Counted from the first letter of the stretch, positions 37,594-48,358 are shown. The stretch is DNA of 64,000 bases from Acidilobaceae archaeon (GCA_038897215.1 JAWAWX010000001.1:96001-160000); one strand, 5' to 3'. Numbers and translations: made by a program. The notes: a model not told the origin generated them from the sequence alone.

Positions 37594-39360
37594 CTAGAGG
37601 GAGCCGTGCTCGACGAGCTTCTTGTATGCTCTAATGCCCTCTCTTATGTAGTCTTCGGATAGCCTCCCTAGAGGTGTCGGCGTCTCGCAGACTCTAGGGG
37701 GTATCCTGACGGCCTCCGGGTCGAAACCCTCCTCGGCTTTGAGTCTATGCTTCTCCAGGTATATCCTCCTCCCGAGGTCTACTAATTCTTCCTCGCTCAA
37801 GCCGAGCCCTAGAGCTTTGAGTGCTCTCGACGCCACGGTCTTGCTGTAGACTCCGCGGCCGAAGAGGCAGACGGCTAGAGAGTTGAGGACTTGTCTCCAC
37901 GACTCCTCGACAGCTATTATCTTCACTGCCTCGGAGGGCTCTGGAGTCTTGGCTCCCGTCTTTGCTAGAGCCTCGTCTACAGAGTACGCTCCAGCGTCTA
38001 GGTGCGAGTGCCTCCAGCCTATTGCCAGAGAGAGGTGGTAGAGTGGCCCTGTGTGGTATCCTGCTGGCTCTACTCTATTGTAGGCTACTGCGAAATCGAG
38101 CCCCCCGTAGTGCCTGGCGGCCTCCTCGACCCCCATTGCTAGCTTCTCGTAGAACTCGTTAGGCTGAGTCACTATGTACTCGACTGCCTCTATGTAGGCT
38201 CTCCAGTTGCCCCACTCTAGCCTAACTATGGTCTCCTTCTCCGTGACCAGGCCTCTCTCGAGAGCCTCCGTGGCCCAGGCTAGAGCTACTCCTGTGCTGA
38301 TAGCGTCTAAGCCCTCCTCCTCTACCGCCTTGATCAGCTTCAGCAACCCCACGGTGTCCCCGACTTCTAGATTGCTTCCTAGAGCGTAGACTAGCTCGTA
38401 GTCGTAGGAGACGTTCTCGACTTTGTAGAAGTACTTCTCGTCCTCGTACTGCTCTCTGATTCCGGCTAGGTGGATGCAGGCTACAGGGCAGCCTACGCAG
38501 GAGAGCCTTCTAGACAAGTACTCTACCAGCTTCTCTCCGCTAATGCTCTCCGCCTCCCGGAACGAGCCTCTCTGAAAGTTTCTCGTTGGCAGAGCTCCTA
38601 GCTTGTTTAGCGGGAGCACGTTGACAGCTGTCCCCAGCTCGTGGTACTTCTTGGTGGGCTCTCCTCTAGCTAGCTTGAGTATCTCCGCGTAGACCTCTCT
38701 GTACTCTCTCGGGTTGGGTAGGCGGAGAGACTTCCTCCCTATCACCACTAGCGCTTTCAGCTTCTTGGAGCCGAAGACAGCCCCCAGCCCCATCCTCCCG
38801 AAGTGTCTGTAGGTCTCCACCATCACGTTAGCGTACCTGACTAGCTTCTCGCCAGCTCTCCCGATCCTCATTATGCTCCTTAGCCCGGCTCCGGGTAGAG
38901 CCTCTCTGAGAACCTTGCCGACCGCCTCAGCGCTCTTCATTCCCCACACTGCTCCAGCGTCCCTGAACCTGACCCGCTCCCCATCGACCACCAGGTAGAC
39001 TGGCCTATCGCTAGCCCCCTTGACCACTATGGCTCCGAGCCCAGCGAACCTGATAGCAGCCGCTACTCTGCCGCCTGCGTGAGATTCGGCAGCATAGCCG
39101 CTTAGAGGAGACTTGAAGACTGCTATAGCCTTAGACGCCATCGGGTATATGGCTGTGAGCGGACCAACCGCGATGACTACAGTGTTGTCTGGGCTGAGGG
39201 GATCGGCTCTTCTCGGAGTCTCCTCCTTGTAGAGCTGGACAGCAACTCCAACGCCTCCCAGCCACTTGCCGAAGACGTCCTCTCTGTCTTCGACCCAGAA
39301 CCTCTTCTTCGTCAAGTCAACGTAGAGAACTCTGGATAAGCTCTTCAGAGCGTCAGCCAA
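37594..39360 (-). CDS. Tungsten-dependent aldehyde:ferredoxin oxidoreductase family protein
   Basis: KSPL, ESHAGG, GR.G.GAVFGSKKLKA, CVGCPVAC, GLDAISTG and VCLF. Confidence 0.93.
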   Translation of the reverse strand: MADALKSLSRVLYVDLTKKRFWVEDREDVFGKWLGGVGVAVQLYKEETPRRADPLSPDNTVVIAVGPLTAIYPMASKAIAVFKSPLSGYAAESHAGGRVAAAIRFAGLGAIVVKGASDRPVYLVVDGERVRFRDAGAVWGMKSAEAVGKVLREALPGAGLRSIMRIGRAGEKLVRYANVMVETYRHFGRMGLGAVFGSKKLKALVVIGRKSLRLPNPREYREVYAEILKLARGEPTKKYHELGTAVNVLPLNKLGALPTRNFQRGSFREAESISGEKLVEYLSRRLSCVGCPVACIHLAGIREQYEDEKYFYKVENVSYDYELVYALGSNLEVGDTVGLLKLIKAVEEEGLDAISTGVALAWATEALERGLVTEKETIVRLEWGNWRAYIEAVEYIVTQPNEFYEKLAMGVEEAARHYGGLDFAVAYNRVEPAGYHTGPLYHLSLAIGWRHSHLDAGAYSVDEALAKTGAKTPEPSEAVKIIAVEESWRQVLNSLAVCLFGRGVYSKTVASRALKALGLGLSEEELVDLGRRIYLEKHRLKAEEGFDPEAVRIPPRVCETPTPLGRLSEDYIREGIRAYKKLVEHGSL

Positions 39361-39361
39361 C

Positions 39362-39778
39362 TCAGCTGACCACCTCCACCATCTTCAAGACCCCGTAGGG
39401 GCAGAAGCTCGCGCAGTAACCGCAGTGGATACATATCAGCGGCTTCCCGCTCTCCTCATCCCAGAGAACAGCCCCTATGTCGCAAGCTTCTCTACAGTTA
39501 CCACAACCTATGCATTGCGACACGTTAAGCACGACCCCGCCCCCGGCTCTCAGAGTGAGCGCGTCCACAGGGCAGACTCTAGCGCAAGGAGGGTCGGGGC
39601 ACGCTCTGCAAACGACTACAGCGAAGCCTCTCTCAATGCCCCCCGCTGACCTCACTAGGATCCTGGACTTCCCGGGGCCAGCGTAGCCTAGCCGAGAGCT
39701 ACAAGCGAGCATGCATAGCTGGCACCCAACGCACTTATTGGAGTCTACGACTCTAAGCCTGAAGCCGGCTCGGCCCAC
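39362..39778 (-). CDS. 4Fe-4S polyferredoxin partner subunit of the AOR-family enzyme
   Basis: Multiple CxxCxxCxxxC motifs; abuts the AOR start. Confidence 0.9.
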   Translation of the reverse strand: MGRAGFRLRVVDSNKCVGCQLCMLACSSRLGYAGPGKSRILVRSAGGIERGFAVVVCRACPDPPCARVCPVDALTLRAGGGVVLNVSQCIGCGNCREACDIGAVLWDEESGKPLICIHCGYCASFCPYGVLKMVEVVS

Positions 39779-39870
39779 TAGAATCTCCCTCGATACCAGC
39801 GCTCCCCGGAGGCTCGCGGTATTTCTGGTTTACGCGCTAGGTGTAGAGAGAGCTTCCTATAGGAGAGAAG

Positions 39871-40494
39871 CTAGAAGCCTAGACTCGGAGACCTCCATAG
39901 CTTTTCAGCAGACCTGATTATGTATGTCGCGTGGTCAGCTATTCTCTCCATGTGTCTGGCTACTAGGAGCCCTATGGCTATCCTCGAGTCTATCTGCTCT
40001 TTGCTCAAGACTAGGTCTAGGTATCCCTTGTAGAGACTATCGTAGACATTGTCTAGCTCTATCACTCTCTTAGCGGTATGAGGCTTCCACGAGATGTACG
40101 TTGATACAGCTGACTCGATCATCTCCCCTAACTGCTTGAACGCCTTCAGCTCGGCTTCTCCCAGAGCTCTCGCTAGAGAGCCTTGGTGCTCTACTGCTGT
40201 AGCAATCTCTCTGAAGTACCTGGCTATCCTGTAGAGGTCGTAGGCTACGCTTATCGATGTCTCGGCTAGAAGGAGGTCTCTTCCTAGTGGCTGAAATCGA
40301 GCTATGAATATCATGGCTTTTCTAGCTATCATGTCCTTCATCAGCTCTGCTTCAGCCACAGCCTCCTCCAGGCTTTCCATGAGCTCCGCTAGGTTATCGC
40401 ACTCAAGTAGCATACCGTGGATCTCGAGGATGTGGTTCTTCATCCTCCACAAATCCTCTAGTATCTCTCTGCCAGCGCTATCCACTATAGCCAT
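39871..40494 (-). CDS. phoU: Phosphate uptake regulator PhoU
   Basis: ARFQP...DL, YDLYRI and ERIADHA. Confidence 0.92.
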   Translation of the reverse strand: MAIVDSAGREILEDLWRMKNHILEIHGMLLECDNLAELMESLEEAVAEAELMKDMIARKAMIFIARFQPLGRDLLLAETSISVAYDLYRIARYFREIATAVEHQGSLARALGEAELKAFKQLGEMIESAVSTYISWKPHTAKRVIELDNVYDSLYKGYLDLVLSKEQIDSRIAIGLLVARHMERIADHATYIIRSAEKLWRSPSLGF

Positions 40495-41256
40495 TTACAC
40501 CTCACCTCTCAGTATCTTGAAGGTGATCTCGTGCTTAGGGTTTATAGCGACCTCTTCTGTAGGGCCGTCCTCTACCACTCTACCATCGTACATGACGATC
40601 ATGTAGTCAGAAACTCTCACAGCCTGGTGGGGCATGTGCGTAACCAACACTATAGTTATCCCCTCGTCTCTTAGCCCTCTAAGAGCCTCCTCTATCTTCA
40701 GAGTGTTGACCGGGTCTATGTTAGCCGTCGGCTCGTCTAGTAGTAGCACCTTGGGCTTCATGGCTAGAGCTCTAGCTATGCAGAGTCTCTGCCTCTGACC
40801 CCCGCTGAGCCTCCACGGGGGGTCTCTCAGCCTATCCTTGACCTCGTCCCAGAGCATGGCTTTATCGAGAGCCCACTTCACTATCTCGTCTAGCTCCTTC
40901 TTGTTCCTAGCCACTCGGTTCACTTTAGCGGGTAGCGCTACGTTATCGTAGATGCTGAGGTGAGGGAATGGGTTAGGCTCCTGGAACACCATCCCTATCA
41001 TTCTCCTGACCTCGTAAGGGTCGGCTTTGTATACGTTTACCCCCTCCACGTATACCTCTCCCTTGACTACAGCTCCATCGACTAGGTCTAGTAGCCTGTT
41101 CACGGCTCTGAGAAGAGTAGACTTGCCGCTACCACTAGGGCCCATGATCGCCGTGATCCTGCCTTTAGGCACCTTGATGTTGATGTTCTTGAGTATCTCC
41201 TTCCCATGGATTAAGACTTGTAGTCCGCGAGTCTCTATAGCCGCTCTAGTCTCCAC
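40495..41256 (-). CDS. pstB: Phosphate ABC transporter ATPase
   Basis: [31 protein letters not shown] and VTH...QA. Confidence 0.93.
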   Translation of the reverse strand: METRAAIETRGLQVLIHGKEILKNINIKVPKGRITAIMGPSGSGKSTLLRAVNRLLDLVDGAVVKGEVYVEGVNVYKADPYEVRRMIGMVFQEPNPFPHLSIYDNVALPAKVNRVARNKKELDEIVKWALDKAMLWDEVKDRLRDPPWRLSGGQRQRLCIARALAMKPKVLLLDEPTANIDPVNTLKIEEALRGLRDEGITIVLVTHMPHQAVRVSDYMIVMYDGRVVEDGPTEEVAINPKHEITFKILRGEV

Positions 41257-41489
41257 ATAGAGCCACCGATTGTGAGAAAGCCATCAGCATATAAATCCTT
41301 TACTTTAACGAACAGCAGGCACAACCTACCAACTCTCTATAGCCTCAGTGCGAGGTAAAGAGGAGCCTTATGAGAGCAAGTAGCTCTGCTCTTTCGAGTC
41401 ATGCGGCGCCGAGATCCCTTATTGGCTTAGAGTAAGCTACGAACCTATATAGGCTTGTCTTCTCGAGACCCTAGATTGGTGCTTACAGC

Positions 41490-41936
41490 TTGGCTGGGTT
41501 AACGCTTGTCAGAGACTTGATGAAAACCCCTCTGATAGTATTGCACCCAATTCACTCAGTGAGAGAAGCTGCTAGGATAATGATGGAGAAGAACATAGGG
41601 AGCATAGTAGTGGTCGATGAGAGAGGAGCTCTTTTAGGTATAGTGACCAAGACGGATATAGTCAGGCTTGTTGCTAGAGGAGGAGACGTAGATAGGACCA
41701 CGATAGGGGAGATCATGACTAAGAACCCCGTATACGTTCTAGCCGATACTCCTCTCGAGGAGGCTGCTAGGATAATGGGCTACTACGGCATAGGCCACCT
41801 CCCGGTTCTAGACGAGAAGAGCAAGAAGCCTGTAGGCATGATCTCGAAGAGAGACATTCTGCTCTTCGCTCCTCACTACATCAACCTAGTCTACGCTTTG
41901 AGAAAGGAGATTGAAGCCTCGGGGAGTCAGGTCTAG
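41490..41936 (+). CDS. CBS-pair domain protein
   Basis: Two CBS repeats (GIVTKTD, GMISKRD). Confidence 0.92.
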   Translation: MAGLTLVRDLMKTPLIVLHPIHSVREAARIMMEKNIGSIVVVDERGALLGIVTKTDIVRLVARGGDVDRTTIGEIMTKNPVYVLADTPLEEAARIMGYYGIGHLPVLDEKSKKPVGMISKRDILLFAPHYINLVYALRKEIEASGSQV

Positions 41937-42035
41937 CCTCCTTGCTCTCCATCTACTCCCACTATCTCTGCTCGAGTCCGCAGCTACAGCCAGTCAGCTA
42001 GAGTGTTGCTCGAAGACTCGGCTTACTAGAGTCCT

Positions 42036-42725
42036 CTAGGGGTCTCCACTCGCTCCTAGCATAGTTCCGGCTATCTTCTCTCCTCTAGCGTAGGACGCTA
42101 TGACTCTCGGGTTTCTGCCGTTGGTGAAGAAGACCTTGACGCCGCTCCTCTCCGCTATCTTCAGAGCTACTAGGTCGAAGAGCTCGTATGCTCCAGCTAT
42201 CTGAGAGTACTCTGAGATAAGCTTCTCCATCTCCTCGTAGGTCAGCCACTCTACCAGACGGCTACCCGGGCGGCCTGGCGGAGGCACGTAGACGCCATCG
42301 ATGTCGGCTAGCAGGTTCAGCACTACTCTAGCTCGGAGAGCCTCAGCTAGGCTAACTGAGACAGCGTTAGTGCTCTGCCCCGGCTGGAGTCCTCCCATTA
42401 CGGGGACCGAGCCTCTCCTAGCCTCCTCGACAGCCTCCTCAACAGTCTCGGGCACCTTGAGCGACGCGTAGGGCTGTAGCGAGAGCGCTAGAGCGTACGC
42501 GTTAAGTCTAGAGGCCTTGACGCCGATAGAGTCTAGGAGAGACTCGGGAACCCCTAGGGGTCTTAGAGCCTGGATGTAGCTTCTAGCCAGAGGCCCTCCG
42601 CCCACGACGAAGGCTAGCCTGACTCTAGCTAGAGACTCCTCGACGGATCTCCTGAGCTCCTCGAGCCACTGGGGGCTAGGGGGGTTGAGGAGCCTCCCGC
42701 TAACCTTGACTACAAGCCACTCCAT
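42036..42725 (-). CDS. pyrH: UMP kinase
   Basis: VVKVSG, VVGGG, GGLQPGQSTN and DGVY. Confidence 0.93.
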   Translation of the reverse strand: MEWLVVKVSGRLLNPPSPQWLEELRRSVEESLARVRLAFVVGGGPLARSYIQALRPLGVPESLLDSIGVKASRLNAYALALSLQPYASLKVPETVEEAVEEARRGSVPVMGGLQPGQSTNAVSVSLAEALRARVVLNLLADIDGVYVPPPGRPGSRLVEWLTYEEMEKLISEYSQIAGAYELFDLVALKIAERSGVKVFFTNGRNPRVIASYARGEKIAGTMLGASGDP

Positions 42726-42966
42726 AGACAGCCAGCCCTCGCCTAATAGCGCTACCGAGCAGGAGATAATCTAGCTTGAGAGCGCTCTAGAGGCTCGTCG
42801 GAAGCCTGGTCCTCTTCACCACTCAGCGCTTTCAACCCTCCCCATCCAGAACTCGCAGAGAGCTCTCCGAATCTCGCTCTACCCCTGGACTCTATTATCT
42901 TTACTTGTGTTACCAGCCCTCTCCTCTCTAGATCGCTTCATGCCATATCTCTCTCGGGTGAGAGCT

Positions 42967-43215
42967 GTGGGAGTAGAGGACCTAGTAGCTGCAGCCAACT
43001 TGCTTAGAAGCATTGTGCCTAGTGCTGAAGTAGACCTAGGCTTCTACTCAGCTCTCCTCGGTCTCGTGATAATAATAGGGCTTCTGGGTTTAGGGCTAGG
43101 CTTCATAACGTATAGGGTAGTGTATGAGATAACGCATCAGAGCGTAGGAGTCTTCCTGAAGTTTGTGTTCGCTCTGGGAGTGTTCCTGGTCATACTCTCT
43201 CTGCTACTGCCGTAG
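42967..43215 (+). CDS. Small hypothetical 2-TM membrane protein (GTG start near 42967)
   Basis: GGTGA SD before GTG; hydrophobic helices. Confidence 0.6.
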   Translation: MGVEDLVAAANLLRSIVPSAEVDLGFYSALLGLVIIIGLLGLGLGFITYRVVYEITHQSVGVFLKFVFALGVFLVILSLLLP

Positions 43216-43873
43216 GAGCAGCCGCTAAAGCCTCCTCCTCTGCTCCCGCTTTCTCTCTCGCCGCCTTGATCACCTTCAGTCTAGAGAAGTCTTCTCTCAT
43301 CCTCTCCTCCAAGACCCCCTTCACGTACTTTATGGCTTGAGCGTAGCTAGGGAGTATCACGTAGTCTAGAGCATTGATCAGCCTCTGCGTATCTTTGAGC
43401 TCCTCTATCAGCCTCTTTATAGCCTGGTCGTACTCAGCTAGCTTCAGCATATAGGGGACCAGCTCTCTCAACAGTATGAAGCTCCTGACTAGAGCGGGGT
43501 CTGTGTCAGCAGGTAGATGTGGTTGCTGGATGGTTCTCTCGTCTACTCTGAATACTGGCGTCTTGACAGCAAAGAGCACTCTAGTCGAGACGCTGACCTC
43601 GACTGTGGGCTTTATGTGAGCTAGTATGGCTTCTAGCCTCTCGATCCCCGTGGAGGAGAGCCCTAGATAGTACTGCTTGAAGAGCTCCCCGATCCTCCCG
43701 TAGACTTCTCTCTGGTATCTGTTGTATTCCTCAGCATAGCTCCTGATGAAGTGTAGGAGGACCTCTCTCTTCTCCTCCATCACTCTCCTTATCCTCTTCA
43801 GCGTTCTCTCTTCTCTCCTCAGCTTGATCAGGTTTATCTTAGTAGGCAGTATCCTCCTAGGGTCTACAGCCAC
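43190..43873 (-). CDS. atpD: A/V-type ATP synthase subunit D
   Basis: [21 protein letters not shown] and ER.REDF.RLK. Confidence 0.95.
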   Translation of the reverse strand: MAVDPRRILPTKINLIKLRREERTLKRIRRVMEEKREVLLHFIRSYAEEYNRYQREVYGRIGELFKQYYLGLSSTGIERLEAILAHIKPTVEVSVSTRVLFAVKTPVFRVDERTIQQPHLPADTDPALVRSFILLRELVPYMLKLAEYDQAIKRLIEELKDTQRLINALDYVILPSYAQAIKYVKGVLEERMREDFSRLKVIKAAREKAGAEEEALAAAPTAVAERV

Positions 43874-43905
43874 TCCGGGTCAGCCTCTAAGTCCTAGGAG
43901 TAAGT

Positions 43906-45297
43906 CTACTTCCTGTATTTCGGGTGGTACTTCCTGATGTATTCTTCTCTGATGTTAGTGAGCTCCTCTTCGGGGAGCTCCGCTAGAATCTCCCAGGCTA
44001 TGCCTAGAGTCTCCTCTATGTCTCTATTCTCTCTCTCACCCTGACTCAGGAATCTCCTCTCGAATAGGTCGGCAAATCTGAGATACTTCTTCTCTATGTC
44101 TCCTAGGCTCTCTTCTCCTATCACGGCCGCCAGGCTCCTGACCTCTACTCCCCTACTGTACGCTGCGTAGAGCTGGTTGCTGACCTCGGCGTGGTCTTCT
44201 CTCGTCTTTCCGGGCCCTATCCCCTCCTTCATGAGCCTGGAGAGGCTCATGAGAACGTTTATGGGCGGATATATCCCCTTGTTGTGGAGCTCTCTGCTCA
44301 GCACTATCTGCCCCTCGGTTATGTAGCCTGTCAGGTCTGGGATGGGGTGGGTTATGTCGTCGTTTGGCATCGTGAGTATAGGCATCTGCGTTATGCTCCC
44401 CTTCCTTCCGTGAGCTCTACCAGCTCTCTCGTATATGCTCGCTAAGTCGCTGTACATGTAGCCAGGGTACCCCTGCCTTCCGGGTATCTCGCCTCTAGCA
44501 GCGCTTATCTCTCTAAGAGCCTCGCAGTAGTTCGTCATATCGGTTAGTATGACTAGAACGTGCATGTCTCTCTCGAAAGCTAGGTACTCTGCTAGAGTGA
44601 GAGCAGCTCTGGGCGTGACTAGCCTGAGCATGGCCGGCTCGTTGGCTAGATTCACGAACATCGCTACTCTGCTGAGAGCTCCCGTCTCCTCGAAGAACTT
44701 CCTGAAGAAGACGAAGTCATCGTACTTAATGCCTATAGCCGCGAAGACTACAGCGAACTCCTCCTCCTTACCCCTAACCGTGGCCTGCCTAGCGATCTGA
44801 GCAGCTAGCTTGTTGTGAGGCAAGCCGGAGCCGCTGAATATCGGGAGCTTCTGCCCCCTGACTAGTGTATTCATCCCGTCTATAGCCGAGACTCCCGTCT
44901 GGATGAAGTCCTCAGGGTAGGCTCTCACAGCGGGGTTGAGAGGAGCCCCATTTATGTCTAGAACATCCTCAGCTATTATCGGAGGGCCTCCGTCTATAGG
45001 CTCTCCTAGAGGGTTGAAGATCCTGCCGAGCATGTCCTCGCTAACAGGCATCTCTAGTGTTCTCCCGAGAAACCTCACGGTAGTGCCCACGCTCGTTATC
45101 CCCGTAGTGCCCTCGAAGACCTGGACTACTGCAGTGTCTTGAGCGACCTCTAGAACCCTCCCTCTCCTCCTCTCACCGTTCTGGAGCTCTATCTCGACGA
45201 TCTCATCGTAAGCGACTCTAGATACGCCCTTCACGACTACGAGAGGGCCTCTGACCTCCGAGATCCTAGCGTAAGCTCTAACACCCACAGCCGCCAA
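43906..45297 (-). CDS. atpB: A/V-type ATP synthase subunit B (TTG start near 45297)
   Basis: [31 protein letters not shown] and [15 protein letters not shown]. Confidence 0.97.
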   Translation of the reverse strand: MAAVGVRAYARISEVRGPLVVVKGVSRVAYDEIVEIELQNGERRRGRVLEVAQDTAVVQVFEGTTGITSVGTTVRFLGRTLEMPVSEDMLGRIFNPLGEPIDGGPPIIAEDVLDINGAPLNPAVRAYPEDFIQTGVSAIDGMNTLVRGQKLPIFSGSGLPHNKLAAQIARQATVRGKEEEFAVVFAAIGIKYDDFVFFRKFFEETGALSRVAMFVNLANEPAMLRLVTPRAALTLAEYLAFERDMHVLVILTDMTNYCEALREISAARGEIPGRQGYPGYMYSDLASIYERAGRAHGRKGSITQMPILTMPNDDITHPIPDLTGYITEGQIVLSRELHNKGIYPPINVLMSLSRLMKEGIGPGKTREDHAEVSNQLYAAYSRGVEVRSLAAVIGEESLGDIEKKYLRFADLFERRFLSQGERENRDIEETLGIAWEILAELPEEELTNIREEYIRKYHPKYRK

Positions 45298-45462
45298 AGC
45301 GAAGCCCCTCGCATGTCTCGCTCGAGGAGAACAGTCTACGAGGCTAATAAGCCTAACCAAGTCAAGCAAGCAACTAAGAGACGGGAGAGAGGGTAGCTCA
45401 GGGGAAACCTACAAAAACCTGGAGAGAAGAGAGTGGTGGAGGAAGCGGGAATCGCTGGGCTA

Positions 45463-45541
<79 letters not shown>

Positions 45542-45553
45542 CACTCTTACTCC

Positions 45554-46324
45554 TCATCTCCTAGCCTGCTTGCTCCTCAAAGCCATGAATGCTATCGTGG
45601 AGACCAGTCCTAAGACTATCAGGATCGCTAGGACTCCAACGCTGTACTCCAGCCCTCTCTCCATGACCGCGAACATCAGCACTGGTAGCGTTTCAGTCTC
45701 CTCGGGGATCTGCCCTGAGACCACTACGGTTGCTCCGAACTCTCCGAGAGCTCTCATGTACGCTATTATGAAGACTGCTAGTAGCCCCGGAGCAGCGGGC
45801 GGTAGCGTGGCCTCTAGGAAGGCTTTCAGTCTGCTCGCTCCCAGAGTCATCAGGGTCTCCTCGGGGGCTCTGTCAACGTAGTCGAAGACCTCCTTAGCGA
45901 ACATCATTATTATCGGGATCTCTACAGTGAACTGAGCTAAGACCACTGCTTTCAGCGTGTAGAGAACCTTGACTGTCTCGTCGAGAGGCTTGAGGGGGCC
46001 GGCGAAGAGAGCTACTATCATTATGCCTACGCCGACAGGCGGTATGGATAGTAGCGTTACGCCGACTATGTTGATAAGACTCCCTCCGGCTATGAGCCCT
46101 CGAGACATCCCGTAGCCTATCGGGACAGCTATCAGCATGGATATGATTGCTGCCCACGCCGCGGCTACAGCGCTATTCACAGCGGCTACCTGGAATCTCC
46201 TCTCTTTAGTCATGCTGATGAACTTCTCTACATCCATGTGGAGCCCTAGAGCTACGAAGAGAGCTACCATGTAGAAGAGGAAGACGACGGCCGCGAAGAT
46301 CAGGAGTAGCTCGAATCTCCTCAC
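45554..46324 (-). CDS. Molybdate/tungstate ABC permease (ModB/WtpB-like)
   Basis: PPVGVG, TLGAS, RALGEFGAT and TETLP. Confidence 0.88.
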   Translation of the reverse strand: MRRFELLLIFAAVVFLFYMVALFVALGLHMDVEKFISMTKERRFQVAAVNSAVAAAWAAIISMLIAVPIGYGMSRGLIAGGSLINIVGVTLLSIPPVGVGIMIVALFAGPLKPLDETVKVLYTLKAVVLAQFTVEIPIIMMFAKEVFDYVDRAPEETLMTLGASRLKAFLEATLPPAAPGLLAVFIIAYMRALGEFGATVVVSGQIPEETETLPVLMFAVMERGLEYSVGVLAILIVLGLVSTIAFMALRSKQARR

Positions 46325-47208
46325 TTCACTCTACCCTCGAGCCCGTAGACTTTAGCGTAGGGAGCTAGCTCTCTCAGCTTCTCTGAAGGTATGTAGCCCA
46401 GCTTTTCGACAAGCTTCTTGACCTCATCGCTCTCCAGGATCTCCATCAGCTTCTGAGCTAGCTCTCTGCTCGAGACGTACCTAGTTATAGCTACGGCTAT
46501 CGGTTGCACGTAGGTGTTCAGCTCCTTCTCTATCTCCACAGCTGAGACTCCTCTCGGGTTGACAACGTAGTAGGTTCTGAAAGATATCCCCACATCGGCA
46601 GACCCCATTCTCACGTAGGCTACAGCCTTGGGTGCTGTGAACAGGTAGACTACAGTGTGCCTCTCGTGGAGTATCTCCCAGTAGCTCCTCCCCGAGTCGG
46701 GGTCAACGGCTTCCTCCAGTATGGCTCTAATGATCTGACCCGCAGCAGTGTAGTCTGGGTGGGGGATGGCTACTATCAGCCCTCTCTTGCCTAAGACCAG
46801 GTCTCTCAAGCCCTGGACGCCCTGAGGATTCCCTTCTCTCACGTATATCAGAAGGTCAGCGTATCCTAGCACGATAAGAGTCTCCTCTTTAACTAGGCCC
46901 TTGTCTAGAGCTCTTGCGAGCGAGTACCCAGATATGGTGCCGTAGATGTCGAATATGCTCGCCTTATCTAACTTAAACCAGACTATCCCCGTGGGCCCGT
47001 AGTCTCTCACTACTCTAGGCTTGCAGACACTGCTCTCTTCTAGGAGCAGGTCTATGGCCTCGTCTAGTATCGGTTGCACTGTTCTATCAGCTCCCACTAT
47101 GAGCTTACCGCAGGGCTCCTCTCTGAATACAGCGTACACTGCCGTGGTTGAAGCCAGGACGATGAGAGGGACTAGGATGAGGAGGCTTGTGAAGCTTACT
47201 CTCACCAC
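46321..47208 (-). CDS. Molybdate/tungstate-type substrate-binding protein (ModA-like, divergent)
   Basis: N-terminal anchor; GNP.GV.GL.DL, P..TAAG and G.ADVG; operon context. Confidence 0.8.
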   Translation of the reverse strand: MVRVSFTSLLILVPLIVLASTTAVYAVFREEPCGKLIVGADRTVQPILDEAIDLLLEESSVCKPRVVRDYGPTGIVWFKLDKASIFDIYGTISGYSLARALDKGLVKEETLIVLGYADLLIYVREGNPQGVQGLRDLVLGKRGLIVAIPHPDYTAAGQIIRAILEEAVDPDSGRSYWEILHERHTVVYLFTAPKAVAYVRMGSADVGISFRTYYVVNPRGVSAVEIEKELNTYVQPIAVAITRYVSSRELAQKLMEILESDEVKKLVEKLGYIPSEKLRELAPYAKVYGLEGRVK

Positions 47209-47215
47209 TCGACGC

Positions 47216-48274
47216 TCACCCAGCTAGCCTCCCGCTATCCTCGAAGCAGACTGCTTCTCTGAAGAGGACTCTGACTCTGTCTCCCACCCTCGGGGGGCTC
47301 GAGTCGGAGACGCGCGCGGCCACCACTCTGCCCCCTACTCTCACGTAGGCTACGAGGAAGCCTGCTTCGAGCACTACTCTCTCCACTGCTCCCTCGGCGC
47401 CGCCATCGCTCGCTATCTCTACACTCTGAGGGCTAGCCCAAGCGTATCTAGCGCTCGAGTCGCAGAGGCCCGATATGTGCTGAGCTAGGGGGTTCGAGTC
47501 TCTGAGGTCGACTATGTTCGTTGTGTAGAAGTCTAGCCCTAAGAGAACATCTATATGCCGGGGTCTCGAGACCAGAGAGCTGAGGTAGTCTACAGCGACT
47601 ACTCTCCCGTCGTTCATCACTCCGGCTAGAGTATCGCCGCCGAAGAAGAAAGCATCGTTTATAGTAGGGGTTGATACTATAGCGGGGACTCTCTCCTCTC
47701 TAGCGAGTCTCGTTATCTCAGCAGATATCGCTAGAGCCCAGGTCTTAGAGAGGTGGGCTAGAGGCTCGTCGAAGAGAGCGAGCCTAGGCTTAGCCAAGAC
47801 TATGGCTGCTACTCCTACTCTCTGCCTCTCTCCCTGGCTCAGCTGGTGAGGCATTCTCTCGAGGAGGCTCTCTATCTCGTACCGCTTAGCTACCTCTAAG
47901 ACCTCCGCCTCAGGGCTCTTAGAGCTACTGATCTTGGCTATAGACTCTAGAGTCTGCCTCACAGTCTTGTTCGCGATGAGCGGGAACGGTGTGGAAGCGT
48001 AGGCGAACCTCCTGACCCACGGGGGCTCTCTCGTGTAGTCTCTCCCACCGTAGAGTATCCTCCCCCTCTCCGGAGTCAGAAGTCCGGCTATTGTTCTTAG
48101 CAGGGTAGACTTGCCTGAGCTGTTTCGCCCTATTATGAGGAACACGTTGCCTCCACAATACCGTAGCGAAGCCCCCTTGAGTATCCTCCTCTCTCTCACC
48201 GTGACCACTAGGTCCTCGACTTCTAGACACTCCCCTCCTGTAAACTGCTGCTGTGAACTAGTGTTGAGGCTCAA
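47216..48274 (-). CDS. ABC ATPase with TOBE domain (ModC/WtpC-like)
   Basis: GRNSSGKST, LSQGERQR, DEP and C-terminal TOBE. Confidence 0.87.
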   Translation of the reverse strand: MSLNTSSQQQFTGGECLEVEDLVVTVRERRILKGASLRYCGGNVFLIIGRNSSGKSTLLRTIAGLLTPERGRILYGGRDYTREPPWVRRFAYASTPFPLIANKTVRQTLESIAKISSSKSPEAEVLEVAKRYEIESLLERMPHQLSQGERQRVGVAAIVLAKPRLALFDEPLAHLSKTWALAISAEITRLAREERVPAIVSTPTINDAFFFGGDTLAGVMNDGRVVAVDYLSSLVSRPRHIDVLLGLDFYTTNIVDLRDSNPLAQHISGLCDSSARYAWASPQSVEIASDGGAEGAVERVVLEAGFLVAYVRVGGRVVAARVSDSSPPRVGDRVRVLFREAVCFEDSGRLAG

Positions 48275-48358
48275 TTCTTTCGACCACCTTCCTCAAGCTT
48301 TTCTCAGAACAAGCTATAAGCCTTCTGTTATACTGTAGCAGTTTACTGGGCGGGGAGA

